Positions 1 to 13,500 of a stretch of 51,222 bases of DNA are shown here, piece by piece; the stretch's first letter is position 1; every line of letters starts with the position of its first letter. Source of the stretch: Reclinomonas americana ATCC 50394 (taxonomy: Eukaryota); NCBI GenBank assembly GCA_048213135.1, contig PS015179.1, positions 68,922 through 120,143 on the forward strand, given 5' to 3'. Position numbers and translations under genes: made by a program. The notes under the pieces are model-generated. The model did not search any database and was not told the origin of the DNA. It was given only the letters and a program-made list of their open reading frames with translations.

Positions 1-50
1 TCCCTTCTCCTTCCCTTCTCCTTCCCTTCTCCTTCCCTTCTCCCTCTCCT
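1..50. repeat. Pyrimidine-rich 11-bp tandem repeat (TCCCTTCTCCT)x~4 in an upstream PUS1 intron
   Basis: Directly visible, followed by a polypyrimidine tract and the CAG acceptor at 75. Confidence 0.8.
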
Positions 51-75
51 TCTCTTTTCCCATTCTTTGTCACAG

Positions 76-1840
76 CTCGCGATCCGTCACTCAAGAAGCG
101 CAAAGTCGCCATGGTGCTGGGATACAACGGCCTCAAGTACAAGGGCATGCAGCTGTTGAGTGAGAGCGTGCATACTTGCGTGCGTGTGTGTGTATTAGTC
201 TTGCTTACCGTGCCTGCAGCAACCCGAATCAAGACACGATCGAGTTGCACTTGTTGGACGCGCTGGCCAAGGCCGGCGCAGTGTCGCAGCTGAATGCAGG
301 CGATCTGCACAAGGTCTTGTCGCCTTTTCCTCCTCGTTTCTTTCGTGATCGCACGCTGAATGCATGCCTTTGCAGATCTCGTTTCAACGGGCTGGGCGCA
401 CCGACAAGGGCGTGCACGCAGTGTCGCAGGTGGTCTCGTTCAAGATGCTGATGCACGACGGCGATCACACGCAGGCACAGAATGTGGAGCTCTTGCAGCG
501 CGTCAACTCGTTCCTGCCGGACGACATTCGCGTGTTTGGTTTCCGACGCGTCAACAAGGGCTTCAACAGCAAGAATGCGGCCTCGGCTCGTCGCTACGAC
601 TACATCATCCCTTCGTTTGTGTTTTACGACGGCTCTGAGCCAATGCCGGTGCATTTTCCGTGCCTTGTCTTCCCTTCCACTTGCTCCTTCCCCTTACGTA
701 TCTCTGTGACAGACCGCGTCCAGCACAAATCCCGACTGGAGACCGAATGAGAATCCTCACGAGTTTCGTAGAGGTGTCACAGTCTTGTGTGTTTGTTACC
801 TCCTAACGCGACATGCAGCATCACCAACTTCCGCCTGACTGCCGACATTCAAGCGCGCATCAACGAGGTGCTGTCGACCTATGTCGGCACGCATCCGTAC
901 CACAACTTCACCAATCATCTGTCGGCGGAGATGGAGCAAGCGAAGCGTCTCATTCGCTCCTTCCGGGTGGAGGAGGTGTTTGAGAGTGAGGGTGTGGAGT
1001 TTGCTCGACTGCGCGTGATTGGTCAGAGCTTCCTGCTTCACCAGATCCGCAAGATGGTCGGTGCGTTGGCTGGAGAAGACGGGTCGCCTTCTCACCGACG
1101 CCCTCTTACTGACTCCCTGTTTGCTCACAGCCATGACAGTGCTGGTTGTGCGTGGCAACTTCCAGCTGGCAGCCATGGTGTGGGCACTGCGTAAGCATGT
1201 GCGCGTGAACATTCCGCTCGTGCCCGCCATCGGTCTCATGCTGCGCCACGTCGAGTACAACATGTACAGTGCACGTGCGAATCGCCTGCATGGCGAATCC
1301 GCGGATCTCGATTGGGTCGAGGAGCAAGTTGCGCCGCTGCCTCCGCATGCCTATCCGCACTGCGCGCCCTCTTCTCACTCGCGAGTGTGCAGGAAGCGAT
1401 TGAGAAGTTTATGCGCGACGCCATCTATCCGTCCATTACGCAGCACGCCAAGGACATGTTGCGTGACTCGCCCTTATTTTCGCTCTGGTTTCACCCGCTG
1501 TGGTTGACTTGTGCTGCTCGCCAGTACTCTTGGCTGGCTCTACACCATGGATCGCGTGTTCTTGCCGAGGCTGCCACGAACGCCACGAGTTCCCGAGGAG
1601 GCTCAACTGGTGCAGTCGTCGCTGAAGAAGCTGGCGGCCGCCGACGAGTCCACTGCACCCTCGGAGGACGTTGCGTTGGCCGACTGCTTCCAGGAAGGTG
1701 CCGCCGACGATGGCGAAGGCGATGGCGACGAGGGCGGGGCGTCGGGCTCGGGAGCTGGGCGGTGCGTTGCCGACGACGACGATGACGATGGGTACGAGGG
1801 TGGTGGTGGCGGTGGCGGTGGCGACGGTGAGGACGACTAA
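76..1840 (+). CDS. PUS1: tRNA pseudouridine synthase, TruA/Pus1 family (spliced, 5'-partial; coordinates are the gene span)
   Basis: Spliced exons give KRKVAMVLGYNGLKYKGMQ, RAGRTDKGVHA (catalytic Asp motif, ~397-420), FNSKNAASARRYDY, YVGTHPYHNFT, GQSFLLHQIRKMV and IPLVPAIGLML, then an acidic/Gly-rich tail ending TAA at 1840. Donors at 155, 314, 649, 763, 1061, 1328, 1458 keep the frame. Confidence 0.93.
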
Positions 1841-1927
1841 GATAGTGATGAGACTAATTGCCAATGCAGCGAACGACCCTTTTCCTTTTTGGATTTGCTT
1901 TTTGGATGCAGGACCTTTACTGTGCCA

Positions 1928-1960
<33 letters not shown>

Positions 1961-1981
1961 TCCCTCTTTCTGCTACTTGCT

Positions 1982-3876
1982 TCACAAGAAGAGAACGGCG
2001 AAGCAGGTGAGTGTGACCAAGCTGAGGACGATGTTGGTCGTCAACCACTTGGCGGTGGCCTGCACGTTGTGAGCGTGCTCCGTGCGCAGCGTGGTGCCCC
2101 ACTCGTGTTGATGCTTGTGCAACTGCTGGATGCTGGCACCAAGTGAGGCCAGTTCCGTACCGTCCTCGGTGTCGTCGCCCGTCGTCGTCGGCGTCGTCGT
2201 CGTTGTCGCAGTTGATGGTGGCGGCAGCGTGCTTCCGTCGATGCCGCCAATCTCTGCTCGCATGGCCGTCACTTGCGTGGTCATCTCACGAAGTGCCTGT
2301 GATCGTGAGCAGGCATGAGCAGGTGCAGGTTGGGGAAAGGGAAGGGCGGCCTCACCTCGTCGAGATTCTTGCGCAGGTCGAACTCAAAGGTGAGAGCACT
2401 CCGCAGCGAATCGACCTTGCCCTCCAGATCACGGATGCACGCCGACTGGCTGTTGATGGCCGACTTGAGCTCGTTTTCCGTGCGCTTGTGCTCCTGCTGG
2501 TGCAACTTGGCGGTCTCTGCGCGCATGAGGGATAAGTGAGTTTCGGGTGCGAGTAATCTGACACGGTTCATGGAGCACCTTTTTCCTTGCGCAGGGTGAG
2601 GAGAGTTTTGCGTGTGTCTTCCTCGCGCTTGCGCAGGTCTGTCAGGTTCTGGTCGCGCAGCTTCAGTTCCTCCTCCAGCAGCACAACCTTGTCCTTCAGC
2701 GCCGAGTGTTCTGCACGGAGAAAAGGTCAGCTGGGTAGGATGCATGTGAGGTTCGCGGACTTTACGCAACGCTTGGTCATGCGACGTTTGGCTGTGGTGG
2801 CCTCCAGACGCTGCGACTCGGCCTCTGCAAGCTTGAGGCGCATCATATCCAGCTCCTCCAGCATGCTGCATGTCACGATCAGTCTCATGCAGGCACCGAC
2901 AGACTGAACCGCCTCTCACGTACTTTTCGTTGGCACGACGGTGCATGTCGACATGCGCTTGCAACTCGCGTATGCTCTCGTTCGCCGCCATCAGACGCTC
3001 GCCAGAGGTGCCTGCCGCAGTGCCGGTGACTTCCGGCTGTCGCTCACGGAGAGGCGGCCGTGCGTTCTCCTTATTGCTGGTGTCTTCCACGCTGCATAAC
3101 TCTTTCTCCTCCTGATCATGATCCTCTTCTTCCACATCCTCGGCCACCTGCAACTCGTGTTCCTGCTCCTCCTCATCGCGATCGTCGTCGTGGCCCTTGT
3201 CAAAATCATCCACGTCCACGAGCACTGTATGCGCGCGTGTGAGGCTCACCAGCAGTTGGCCTTTTGTAGAAGCGCACACGCAGTCGCAACATTCGGCCTC
3301 CACCAGTGCCCGCAAGCTCTGATCTCGCTCGCTCTCCTCAATCACTGGCGACAGTGGCGGGACTGGTGAGAGGGGTGAGAGCTCCACTTCTGCGCAGGAG
3401 GTGGTCAGTGAGAAGAGAGGAAGGGTGGGAGTGAGAGAGAGGCCAAACCTCGGAAGAATGGCACCAGTGCGGCCACTGCTTGCTGCACATCGGTCGCATC
3501 CACAAGCCCACTGGCCAGTCCGCCAGTCTCTGTTGTGGGTGAGAACAGTACTGCACAGAGCAGTCAGTGACAGGGTGGAGAGAGAGAGAGAGACAGTACG
3601 TGTCGCACGCACTCTCTTGTTCGTTGCTCACTGCGCATGTGTGGTGGCATGAGTGAGTGTACTGGTGCGGAGGGAAGGAGGGGGGTGATTACGCACTGGC
3701 CATTGTCTCGTCTGCTCTCTCGCGTCGCACTTCAATTGGGTTCGTGTGACGAAAGTGACGTCACTGGCGTGTGGACAATCTGCCGTGTCGAAATTCTGCG
3801 CACACACCTCCGGGACTAGGAAGAGAGCGATGCACCAGCAAAGAACAGCAATCATCCGAGAAGCGTGCAGTGTCAT
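1982..3876 (-). CDS. Uncharacterised coiled-coil membrane protein: putative signal peptide, acidic region, coiled coil, C-terminal TM helix (spliced)
   Basis: N-terminus MTLHASRMIAVLCWCIALFLVPEVCAQ (ATG 3876 or 3855); acidic DDDRDEEEQEHE stretch; heptad-rich exons (MLEELDMMRLKLAEAESQRLE, LKDKVVLLEEELKLRDQNLTDLRKRE, IRDLEGKVDSLRSAL); ends NIVLSLVTLTCFAVLFL-stop at 1982. The 5' exons are less certain. Confidence 0.6.
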
Positions 3877-4512
3877 GTGTGTTGACGAGCAACGCAATTT
3901 CAAGATCTGCAATAACTCGATATCCGATCGCAGCACACACCGTTGTGATCATGACAGTGATAGGTTCCCGTGCATCAACTAGGCAAGTACAGCGCTTGCC
4001 AAAAATCGCGTCTTATAGAGGCGCTCCCATTTATCAATGATGTCGAAAGACCAAATACTGGTGAAAAATTCGCGCAAGAAATCGCCAAGAGATGGCCACT
4101 TGTGCGACTCGAATGCTCTCTTATCTCCAGGCCTGCACCCTATCCTAGCACCCTCCCGCGTCCGTGTCATCACCCTCAAAAATTTGTACGCCAAAACTGT
4201 ACCATGGCCAATTGAATATTTCTTCCAGTCAATATTTCCTTTTTCTCTTACTCTTCTCATTGCACTCGCGTGCTATGCTGTTCCTCTCCACTAACCAGCG
4301 CTCCACCCCCGTTGCCACACTCTAACCGACGGGCAAACATCTGTTGCTGGTATTTCACACTTTTCCGACGCGGCTAGCCGTTTCATGTCGAAAACTGTTA
4401 TTGCAAATCGACGTTTTGAACCATTTGACGAGAGAAACACAACACGTGCCACTCAAACACACACACGCACACGCACGCACCCACACGCACGCACGCACGC
4501 ACACGCACACAC
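3877..4512. promoter_or_regulatory. Divergent intergenic region, probable bidirectional promoter
   Basis: About 640 bp, more AT-rich than the flanking genes, between head-to-head start codons (3876 on -, 4513 on +); includes a CA/CACG microsatellite at ~4457-4512. No specific promoter motif recognised. Confidence 0.4.
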
Positions 4513-7500
4513 ATGAGTGGCGGGCGCACGCTGCCCATGGTGGTCGGCCCACACAGTGCGGTCTTGGTGCCACCTCCTCAACCGCCCATGGCCAGCACCG
4601 CATGGCGAGTGCCTCCTCCACTCATCAGTCGACCGGGCACTGGTCACCACCACTCCTCCTCCTCCTCAGCCGCCTCATCTCCATCACCGTCCCCGTCGCC
4701 ATCACCACACCGACGCACGCGCAGTGGAAACGAGACAGTTGTCGCGTTGCCCAACAGACCAGCATCACGTCAGCGACAACCCGCAGCAGCAGCGGCAGCA
4801 TCGCCGCTGATTGATCACGATGGAGCCAGTGAAGAGCGACGATGGCATACGCTGGTCACGCGGCCGGTCAGCGCATGGTCGCGGCAAACGTCGCGGACAC
4901 CATCGCCGCGTCGTCGTCACACGCCGCCGCCGCCGTCGCCACCGCCGCCAGTGTCTGTTCCGTCGGCTGCGTCGCCGCTGCTGCNNNNNNNNNNNNNNNN
5001 NNNNNNNNNNNNNNNNNNNNNNNNNNNNNNNNNNNNNNNNNNNNNNNNNNNNNNNNNNNNNNNNNNNNNNNNNNNNNNNNNNNNNNNNNNNNNNNNNNNN
5101 NNNNCTACCCGAGACCGACTCCAGTCAGCACTCGTCTGCTCGTGCGTTTGTGCCTGCCCGCAGATATTCTGGTGTTGTGCGGCGACTCATGCTTTTTTTT
5201 TTATGTCACCAACAGGGTCGCTGGAGTTGGATAACGAGGTGTATGCAGAAGAGTCGCCACCAGAGGGATTGCCTCCGGCGAACGACATCGACAACGACGA
5301 CGAGGATACGGAGGATGTCGTGGATGCTGGTGACTCGTGTGCGCAGTCACCACAAGGCTGCTTCTCGCTGGTTGAAGGCGACGGCGATCGTGAGTCGTCG
5401 CTGGGACCGTCGGCGGTGGCCGACGATGAGCAGCAGATGGAGTCGATGCCACTAGATTACATGGAGCCGTCGTCGAATGGAGCTGACAGGCTTCAAATCG
5501 ATGTGGTTACCGATTGTGCGTACGACGAGGACGGCGGGAGCGTGGACGTTGGGTTGTTCTCGCCGCCCGTCTCCAGGTGCGTGTGTTGCCATTTTCCCCA
5601 ACAAAATCATCGCCACTAACGTCGAGACTGTGATGTTGCACAGTCCGGGAACACTGGCCATGTGGTGGGCCACCAGCTACTCCCTCCTGTCGCCTGGATC
5701 CACTGCTGTCGACAATGGACTGCGGCCGATTGCTCCCCCTGACGAGGACGCCATTGCTGACTCGCGTGGGTTGATTGCCTCGCCGCCGCCGGCGCCCTTG
5801 GTGTTGTCGTCACCCTCGCACTGGCGGTATGCGATCCGTGTATCATTCATTCATGTCGGCGCATTGCTGCTTTCTCACGCCTCGACCTGTTGAGCAGAGT
5901 GGTCCGTGCTTCTCCTGCCAGCTCCTCTGTGTCATCGGCGTCACACAACTCAATGGCCTCGGCCCTCGCCTCTCCCGCCGCCGCCGTCACCAACTCTGCT
6001 GTCGTCGCCACATCTGTCGCCAGCGCGGCACCAACGGCCTCGACAGACACCATTTCGACCGTCTGTGCCACCACCGGTACCGCCGCTGCCGGCCCTGCAG
6101 TTGAACCGGTACCACCGGCGCCACTCGCGCCGCTGGTGGAACTCAGACCAGTGGATCACTCGGGTCGCGGCGTAGCGGCTTCTGGTGCACGCACAAGGTC
6201 CGGTCGACAAACTGCATCACCAGCTGCGCCAAGCAGTGCACTCGACCGCGTGTGCATTGCTCCATCTGCTGCTGCTCCCTCTGGTGCCGCTGCATCTCCG
6301 CAACCCAGCGCCACAGCTGGTCACTCACGCCCCTCAAGTCGGCAGCAGCAGTTGTCCTCCTCGTCGTCAGCCCGCCACACGGCCCGCTCTCCCTCTCCAT
6401 CCACCACAACCACGTACGTGCAAACTGCGCTACCGGCGGTGACCATTCACATGGTGGCGGCGGCGTCTGCGAGCGACGATCAAGGCCAGCCACTTGTGGT
6501 ACCCCTCGAGGGTTCACCACCACCAGCACCCGCCGCTGGAAGGCAAGTGACACAGGCAGGTTCCCCAGTGGATCCGTCGTACGGAGTGTCGGCCACGGTG
6601 GCACGTCGTATTCGCCTGATGCGCAACGAGTCACCAACAACAACAGCAGCAGGTGGCGGTATGCCGAACGGCATACCCGAAGTCACAATGACCGGTGGGC
6701 ACGTACTTCAACCGTTTCCCAAGCCGTTTGTACTGCGACCACTGTCTAGCGGAGTTCGGCAGGGAGGATCCCTCCCTGCGCCTCGTGAGTTGCTGCCGCC
6801 ATTTTCTGCGACAGCAGCCGACACGGACGCCACGAGTGTGGAGCCGATGCTGGAGTCCTCGTCATCTGCCGCCGCGTTCGCCATTGGCGTTGGGCGGCTA
6901 CCTGAGATCCAACCTCGGCGACCGGCACCAATGCCCGACATGGTGGAACAGTTGCTGTTTGACGGTGCCACGGCGACTCCGCCGAAACCACTCGTCACCC
7001 CGCAGCGCACCGCCATGGTCTCATTTCCAGCATTTATTCCCGTCGAGGAGGAGGAGAAGCGGCGTCGTGATGCCATCCGTCGACTCCGTGCTTCGTCAAG
7101 TTCCTCGGCGTCGCGATCACGCTCACCCGCCACAGCAACGGCGCCATCGCCACTGCCATATTCGTCGTCGGCATCGTCCGCGTCCGCCTTTTCGCAGCAA
7201 CAGAAATCTCCTGCAAGCTCGCCGTCCAAGAGCGGCGATGCTGGTCCGCTGGCCTCCGACGCTGCACCGGCGGCGCGGCAGGCTGTGCCAATCCGCATGT
7301 TGCCACCACCGTCACCACCCACTCACCTGCTCGCGCAACAGAGGGCGCGGCTGTCCATGTCGCCAGGTGCCGTTGGCCCGCTCTCGCACACGACGGCATC
7401 TCGTACGCCATCACCCGCCGGCACCGATGACAGCGTATCGACGGATTTGTTTGGCCGCGAGCCGGGTGCCAGACGGGGCCGCCCGAGATCGCAGGGCGCT

Positions 7501-10500
7501 GCACGCATGCCCATGCGTGTAGCCCAAATGTCCATGGTCCTTGTCAACGGCGACGGTCGTGGATTGCTGCCCGACCCTTGCCGCGGCAACCGAGATCCCG
7601 ATCTTGACTCGCTGTCGGCACTGGCGGATCCGCACCCGCAGATGCTGCCCGACGTTGGACCGGCGACGAGTGGAGGGCGTGCACATTTGCGTTCCATGTC
7701 GGCCTCGGCGGTGCCGTCGGGTCGCCGACTGCAGGCCTTGGAGGCTCGGTCATTGGTTCAACCGTGGCCAGCGCCGGCCGCATGTGAGGCCTCGCAAGAC
7801 GTCTTCCCGCCGCAGCCACTGGCGGACCACGCCGAGTGGGGAGCAATCGAGATGCTTCATCCGGCCCCCGCTGCGTTGGTGCCGCAGCATGTGGTCCCGT
7901 CGGCCCAGTCCGACAGCCTGGATGGTCCATATGGTGCGTTGTCGCCACTGGCGCGCGCCACCATGCGGTTGAACTCGTCGCCGTCTGCTTACGGTGCGAT
8001 GCGCACTGCCGTGTCGCCATCTCGCGGACCGTGGATCGTTGCTCCACCTTCGCCCAGCGACTTGTTGATCATTGGCGACTCTCTCGCCACCTCGCCATCA
8101 GCATCGCTCACGTTGACATCGCCGACGAATGCGAAGCCGATGCACCCATTTCAGCAGCCACAAGCTCGCACTCCTGAGAGTCCGCCGCCACCACCGCCAC
8201 CACCATTGCAACCACCTCAACAACCACCACAACCACTGGCATCGTCGTCCTCCTCGGCGCCGAACTCGCCTCGGCACAAGCTGGCTCCTGCGCTGTGCTC
8301 GTCGCACGTACGGCATCGCTCTGCGTCGCCGGTGCCGGGCAGCCGCGAGCGAGTAGTGGGGTTCGCGACTGCGCCAGAGCTGGAGACGACTGACGCGGGA
8401 CTGGAGCACGAGTCGCCAGCGGCGCCGCCAGCACTTGCCAGATCGCGAGTGCCGCCGGCCATCGACACGGTCGGCGCAGAGACACCAACAGCAGCGGTAC
8501 ACATTCGTCGCATGTCGTTGTCGGTGGCCAGCCCCATGTCCACATCGTCGATGCGACGACGCATGTCACTCTCACCTTCACCGGCGATGCGCGACTCAAG
8601 CGACGAGCCGCCGCCCCTCATTCCCAGCGATTTCAGCGACAGTAGCGAGGTGCTTGATGGGCCACTCGAGGATCTTGCGTTCACTCTCGACAGCGTGCGG
8701 TGAGTACGCAACCTTGCAGGGTGGGATGAAGCACATGCACACGCTTGGCTGACATGCTGTGTTCCCTTGCAGCGAATGCACACCGCTTCTTGTGCAAAAG
8801 GCCGCACAACTCTTTTGCGTCACTCGTCAGCAGCCACTGGATGGAAGCGTCACGTGGAGAACACATGGATCCGTGGTGCTGCTGGAGTTTGGAGGTGCGT
8901 TGTTGCGCACACATAAGCAGTGGTGTGACGAGAATATCCATGTGTGCTCTTCCGCAGGCTTTGACGCTCATTGCGATCGACTCTGCACCGAAGCCGCCGG
9001 CAACGCCAACGTGACCGACTTGCGCCGTCTCATGGGCGAGTATTTTGGCATGATTTGCACCGCTGTACGCACTTTCCGTGGCGATGTATTGTCGCTCACC
9101 GGCAGCAGTGCGGTGCTGTACTTTGACGATGGCGAGGGCGACCACCACTTCCTTGTTTCGCATCTGACTTCGTGCCTGCGACACGAGTACGCCACCAATG
9201 CGGTGGACTCGGACGTGCTCAATGCTGCGCTTCAGCAAGCCTGCAACGACACCGAGGCGCTGCCGGGTCCCACAATTCGGGCCCTCCTATGTGCCACGAG
9301 TATTATGGCGCAGTCGTCGACGTTCAAGTTCCGCGGCACCACCATCAATGCGCAAGCGGGTAAGTCGCGTGCTGATTCGATCACAAGCAGTATTATTTCT
9401 TTTGCTGACCATTCTTCCCAAGGTGTCGGCGACGGCGACTTGATTCTGCGCCTCTTTGGCGGAGTCAACGGCAAGTGGCACTACATCTTTGGTGGGACGG
9501 CATTCGAGGCGGTGCAACGCGCCGTAAATGCCGCCAACCGAAGCGAACTTGTGGGCACGGCCTCGACCCATCAGGAGCTGTCGCGCATTGCTCCGTTGCA
9601 TCCGTTGCGTTCTGGCGCCCTCCTCGTGTGCTCTTTTCCCCGCCTCCTCACACATGGTGGAGCAGGCGGCTTGTCAGCTTGCTCGGAGTGCAGTCGACCA
9701 AGATCACTGACGGCGGCCGGGCAGCAGTGGCGCTGTACAAAGTGCGCTGCGCGGCCAACAACTCTGTCTTTACGCCCTCGGAGTCCACCATGGCCACTGC
9801 CGTGCCGCAGATGCCGCCACTGCCACCGACGCTTCCGCCGTCGACTGACGCGGCTCCGGCAGGCGAAGTGGCCATCGACAGCAGTGAGGTCATGCTGAAG
9901 GCATTGGGCAGCATGCTCAGCGACGATGTAGTCAACGCCCTCGCCGAGACAGGAACGGCTCGTGACCGAGTACGACGCAGCGCTGTGCGTTACTTGGCCA
10001 TGGTTTACATCACGCTTGTCGACGATGCCGCCCCGGCTGCCGAGTGGCTCAAACTCAACTCTCGGTGCGTCGACAACAGTTTGGTTGCGTGTCTCCCAGT
10101 TTTGTGGTGCTCACGGATTGTGTTTTTTACGCGCAGTGACTTGAGCGACATTGTGATCATGTTGCAGCACACGGCACTGGAGACTGACGGCACTCTTCTC
10201 TTGGTGCCAACAACGGAGCGTGGCCTCAAGGCTATGCTGCTGTTCGGCGCCTCGAAATCCGCCGGCGGCGACAATTCCGCCGACGCACTGCACCGGCGAG
10301 CGTTGCAGGCCGCAAGCAAGGTCGCCGACCGACTCAGCGCACTGCCCCTGCTCGCCGCGGTCGGTGTAGCCGGCGGTCATGCGTACGTGGGTGCCGTGGG
10401 CGGGGCCAGTCGTCGAGATTTTGCCGTGGTTGGCGACTTGGCGCGTCTGGCGGTTCGCTTGGCGAGCGAGGTCAACTTTGGCAGGCGCCATTTGTTGGTC

Positions 10501-13500
10501 TCTGATGGTGCGTGGCAAGCAAAATGACAAGCGAATGACTTGTTGCACTCGCTCGCTGCGTCTCAATCGACGTATTTATTCATGGTGGCGTGTGCGCAGT
10601 GTCCACGGAGAAGCGATTGCCGGCGCTGGTTGCCGACGGAGTGGCATCAAGTGTGGCTACGTCGACCCCCCCTGGCACCATTGATGCCGAGTACAGTGTG
10701 GTGGCACGCGATGCGCTCATGGTCACGATCTCCGGTACGTGAAGAAGATGAAGAAGAAAAAGAACAGGAGGGTTCAAGAGTGACTGATGCTGCTGCTGCT
10801 TACAGGCAAGAAACGACCAGTCAAGTGCTACGCCTTGGTGAGGTCGCTGAGTGAATCCGACACAGCGGCGCGCGCGTCGCAAGTGATTCGCAACAGGCAT
10901 TTCGGTGAGTGGCACCACCACACATCACCACCGCTTTCGGCAGGTAATGCTCATGTTTCGCTTGCAGTTGGCCGGCAATCGGAGCTGGAAATTCTCGTGC
11001 GCGCCTGGGACTCCACTCTCTCCCACACGTCGCGCGAAAAGCGTGCTATGTTCTCTGTGGAGGATGTCATGGCCACGGGGGCGGTGGTGGCTCACCGTAC
11101 CCGCCATGTGGTGGCGGTGGCGGGTGCTGCCGGCTCCGGCACGCGCACTCTCGTGCGTCATTTTGTCAACGTTTGCCGCGATCGATTGCCAGAGGCTGCA
11201 AAGGTATTTGGAGGAAAATATGCACTGCGCCATCTGCTGGTTCCTGAATCGAGCTCTGTTTGTGTTTGTAGCCGGCCGTCATCTTTTGCGCAGAGCAGGA
11301 GGCAATTGCCAGCGAGTCCTTTGGGTACTGGCGCCAGGCCTTCAAGTTCCTCATCAACGCGCTCACTTCGAAAGAGTTTCGTTGTAACGACGGCCGTCGG
11401 CATGCTCGAAGCTTCTCGTCACTCATCTGTGTCACCACCCGACAGTTGCATCGTGTCGTACGAGAAGCGCGCCAAACGCCTCCTCACGCAAGTGCTGAAA
11501 GACATTTTGTGCCAACATCTGGCCTCGCTGCTGAACATTTTCGCCGACGTCAGCTTTGTTGAGACGCCACAAGTACGGTGTCTGCGCCGCCCAGAGATGA
11601 TACAAGCTCGCGCCGAGTTGGCCGTGGTGGTGTTTGACGAGCTGGCACGTCGGGCGGTCGGACAGTCGCCGGGTGCCGTGCTGCTGGCCATCGAGAGTGT
11701 GCACTCCATGGACTCGGAGTCGCGCAGCCTGCTCCATCGGTACTTGGTGTTTGAGAACTGGCAGTCGGAGAACATGTACGTCCCGCAGCGCAAACTGCGC
11801 CTCCCGTGCCTGGTGGTGTTCGGCTATCGCACGCTGGTGGAGAAGACATCGCGAGCTGCCGGTGTGCACAACGAAGTCCTGCGGCTGGTGGGTCTCGAGG
11901 CGAAGCACACGGAAGTGGATCTGAGGGTGAGTTTGCGTTTGTGTGTCGTCGCGTCGAGGGGAGTGTTCGCACGGAGGACTGATTGTATATTTTTATTGCG
12001 TGTACGCACAGACTCTGTTCCTCGCACAACTCACCTACGGCGACTGTGCCGAGTACGCACGACTGGCCACTGGCTCGCGCACCTTGTCTGGCTACGTGGC
12101 CAATCAAGTGTGGAAAAAGAGCGAGGGCTGGCCCGGTCGTCTCGGCAGCGTTGTTCGCTGCTTCGTCGACAAGAAGCTGCTGGTTATCGAAGATGGATTC
12201 TGCCGAGTTTCGTACGGCGCGCCGCCGGCGCAGCAGAAAAGCAGTGGTCCGATGATGCGTCTCACCACTCATTGCAGTTCACCAACGTGGCCGACGCGGA
12301 AACTATTCACTTTGCCCACCGACTGGATCCGTCCATTCAGAAGCGGTACGACATGATGAGCGCAAGAGAGCGTGACATGCTTCGCCGAGGTTTGTGTCGA
12401 GCGAGCTGCATCAGCTGGGTGCGCGCCGTGCTGTCGCTCACCACGCCTTGTGATGCAGCGAGTGCCATAAGCATGGGTGCGCCTTTCACGGCGGCCGACT
12501 TGCTGGCTGCTGTGGTCGGCGACGTGGGCGACATGACAGTCGAGCAGGTGGCTGAGCTCCTGCAAGGCGCCGTGGCCGTGGGTCTGCTGGTGTCCACCGA
12601 GATCGCGCAGCCCAAGAAGGGCGGAGCATCGTCTTCCTCTTCTTCTGAGGCGCAGAAACGACGATGGTTTGCCAAGAGCAAGGGCGCAAGTGCCGCCGCC
12701 GCCGCCGCCGCGGCGAATGGCGAGGCTGCCGCCGTCGATCCACGCAACCTGCAGTTTGAGTTTGTGCAAACCACCACAGCGGCAGCGCTGTATGAGCTCG
12801 TTCCGCGGGCGGAGCGCGCCAAGTACCACACCTTTATGTACGAGCGACTGACTGCCTCCAACGAGGTGCGTACTGTCGTCACGCTTGATTGTCGCTGTTG
12901 CATCAGTCTCGTTAAACTAACGTGTTGGGGCAGCCTCCAACTCTGGATGGCGCACATGCTCGCCACATGTCCATGATGTTGCCTCTGCTGTCCAACATCT
13001 CGACGCACGCGCAGGGCGTGCTGGCCGAGTCCGAGTCGGAGGACCTCGACGACGGCGACTGTGAGACATTCGTGCTCAAGTCCATGCTGTACATCTTCTC
13101 GCACGCCAGCATGCAGGCGGCAGCAGGCGCGAATCACGAGGCTGTGGCGGTGGTGGAGAAGGGCCTGGCGTTCTTCGGGAAGTGGGCGGCAGGTGCGTGT
13201 CGGGTTGCAGGAGAAGAGGGGGAGGGGAGGGGAGGGGAGGGGAGGAGAAAAGAAGGAGATATGAGAAGGCAAGATAAGAAAGAGGTAAGAAGAGAAGAGA
13301 AAGTAGAGACAAGGATGTGATGAAAAAAGCTGGGGAAGGCAAAGCCAGTTTGCTATCGCTCACAAGCCGCATTCAACTGCACTTAGGCGAGTCATTCGAC
13401 GGCCAGAAGACCAAGCTTTACATGATGCGCCTGCTGGGAGAATCGCTGGCCAACACCGGTGCCTCCGACGCGGCTGAGGATGTGATTGGACAGACGCTGG

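Noticed and set aside
3970-4294. Short ORFs and an Sm-site-like AATTTTTG (minus strand, ~4177-4185) in the divergent intergenic region
   Set aside because: No recognisable protein motif or snRNA conserved element; consistent with AT-rich promoter DNA. An Rfam search would be needed to exclude an RNA gene.
10787-12976. Taking the long ORF-track translations (also 2281-3612, 8759-9898, 16159-16611, 46438-47373) as true proteins
   Set aside because: They read through stop-free introns, e.g. the 69-nt intron at 16338-16270, and change register relative to the spliced frame.
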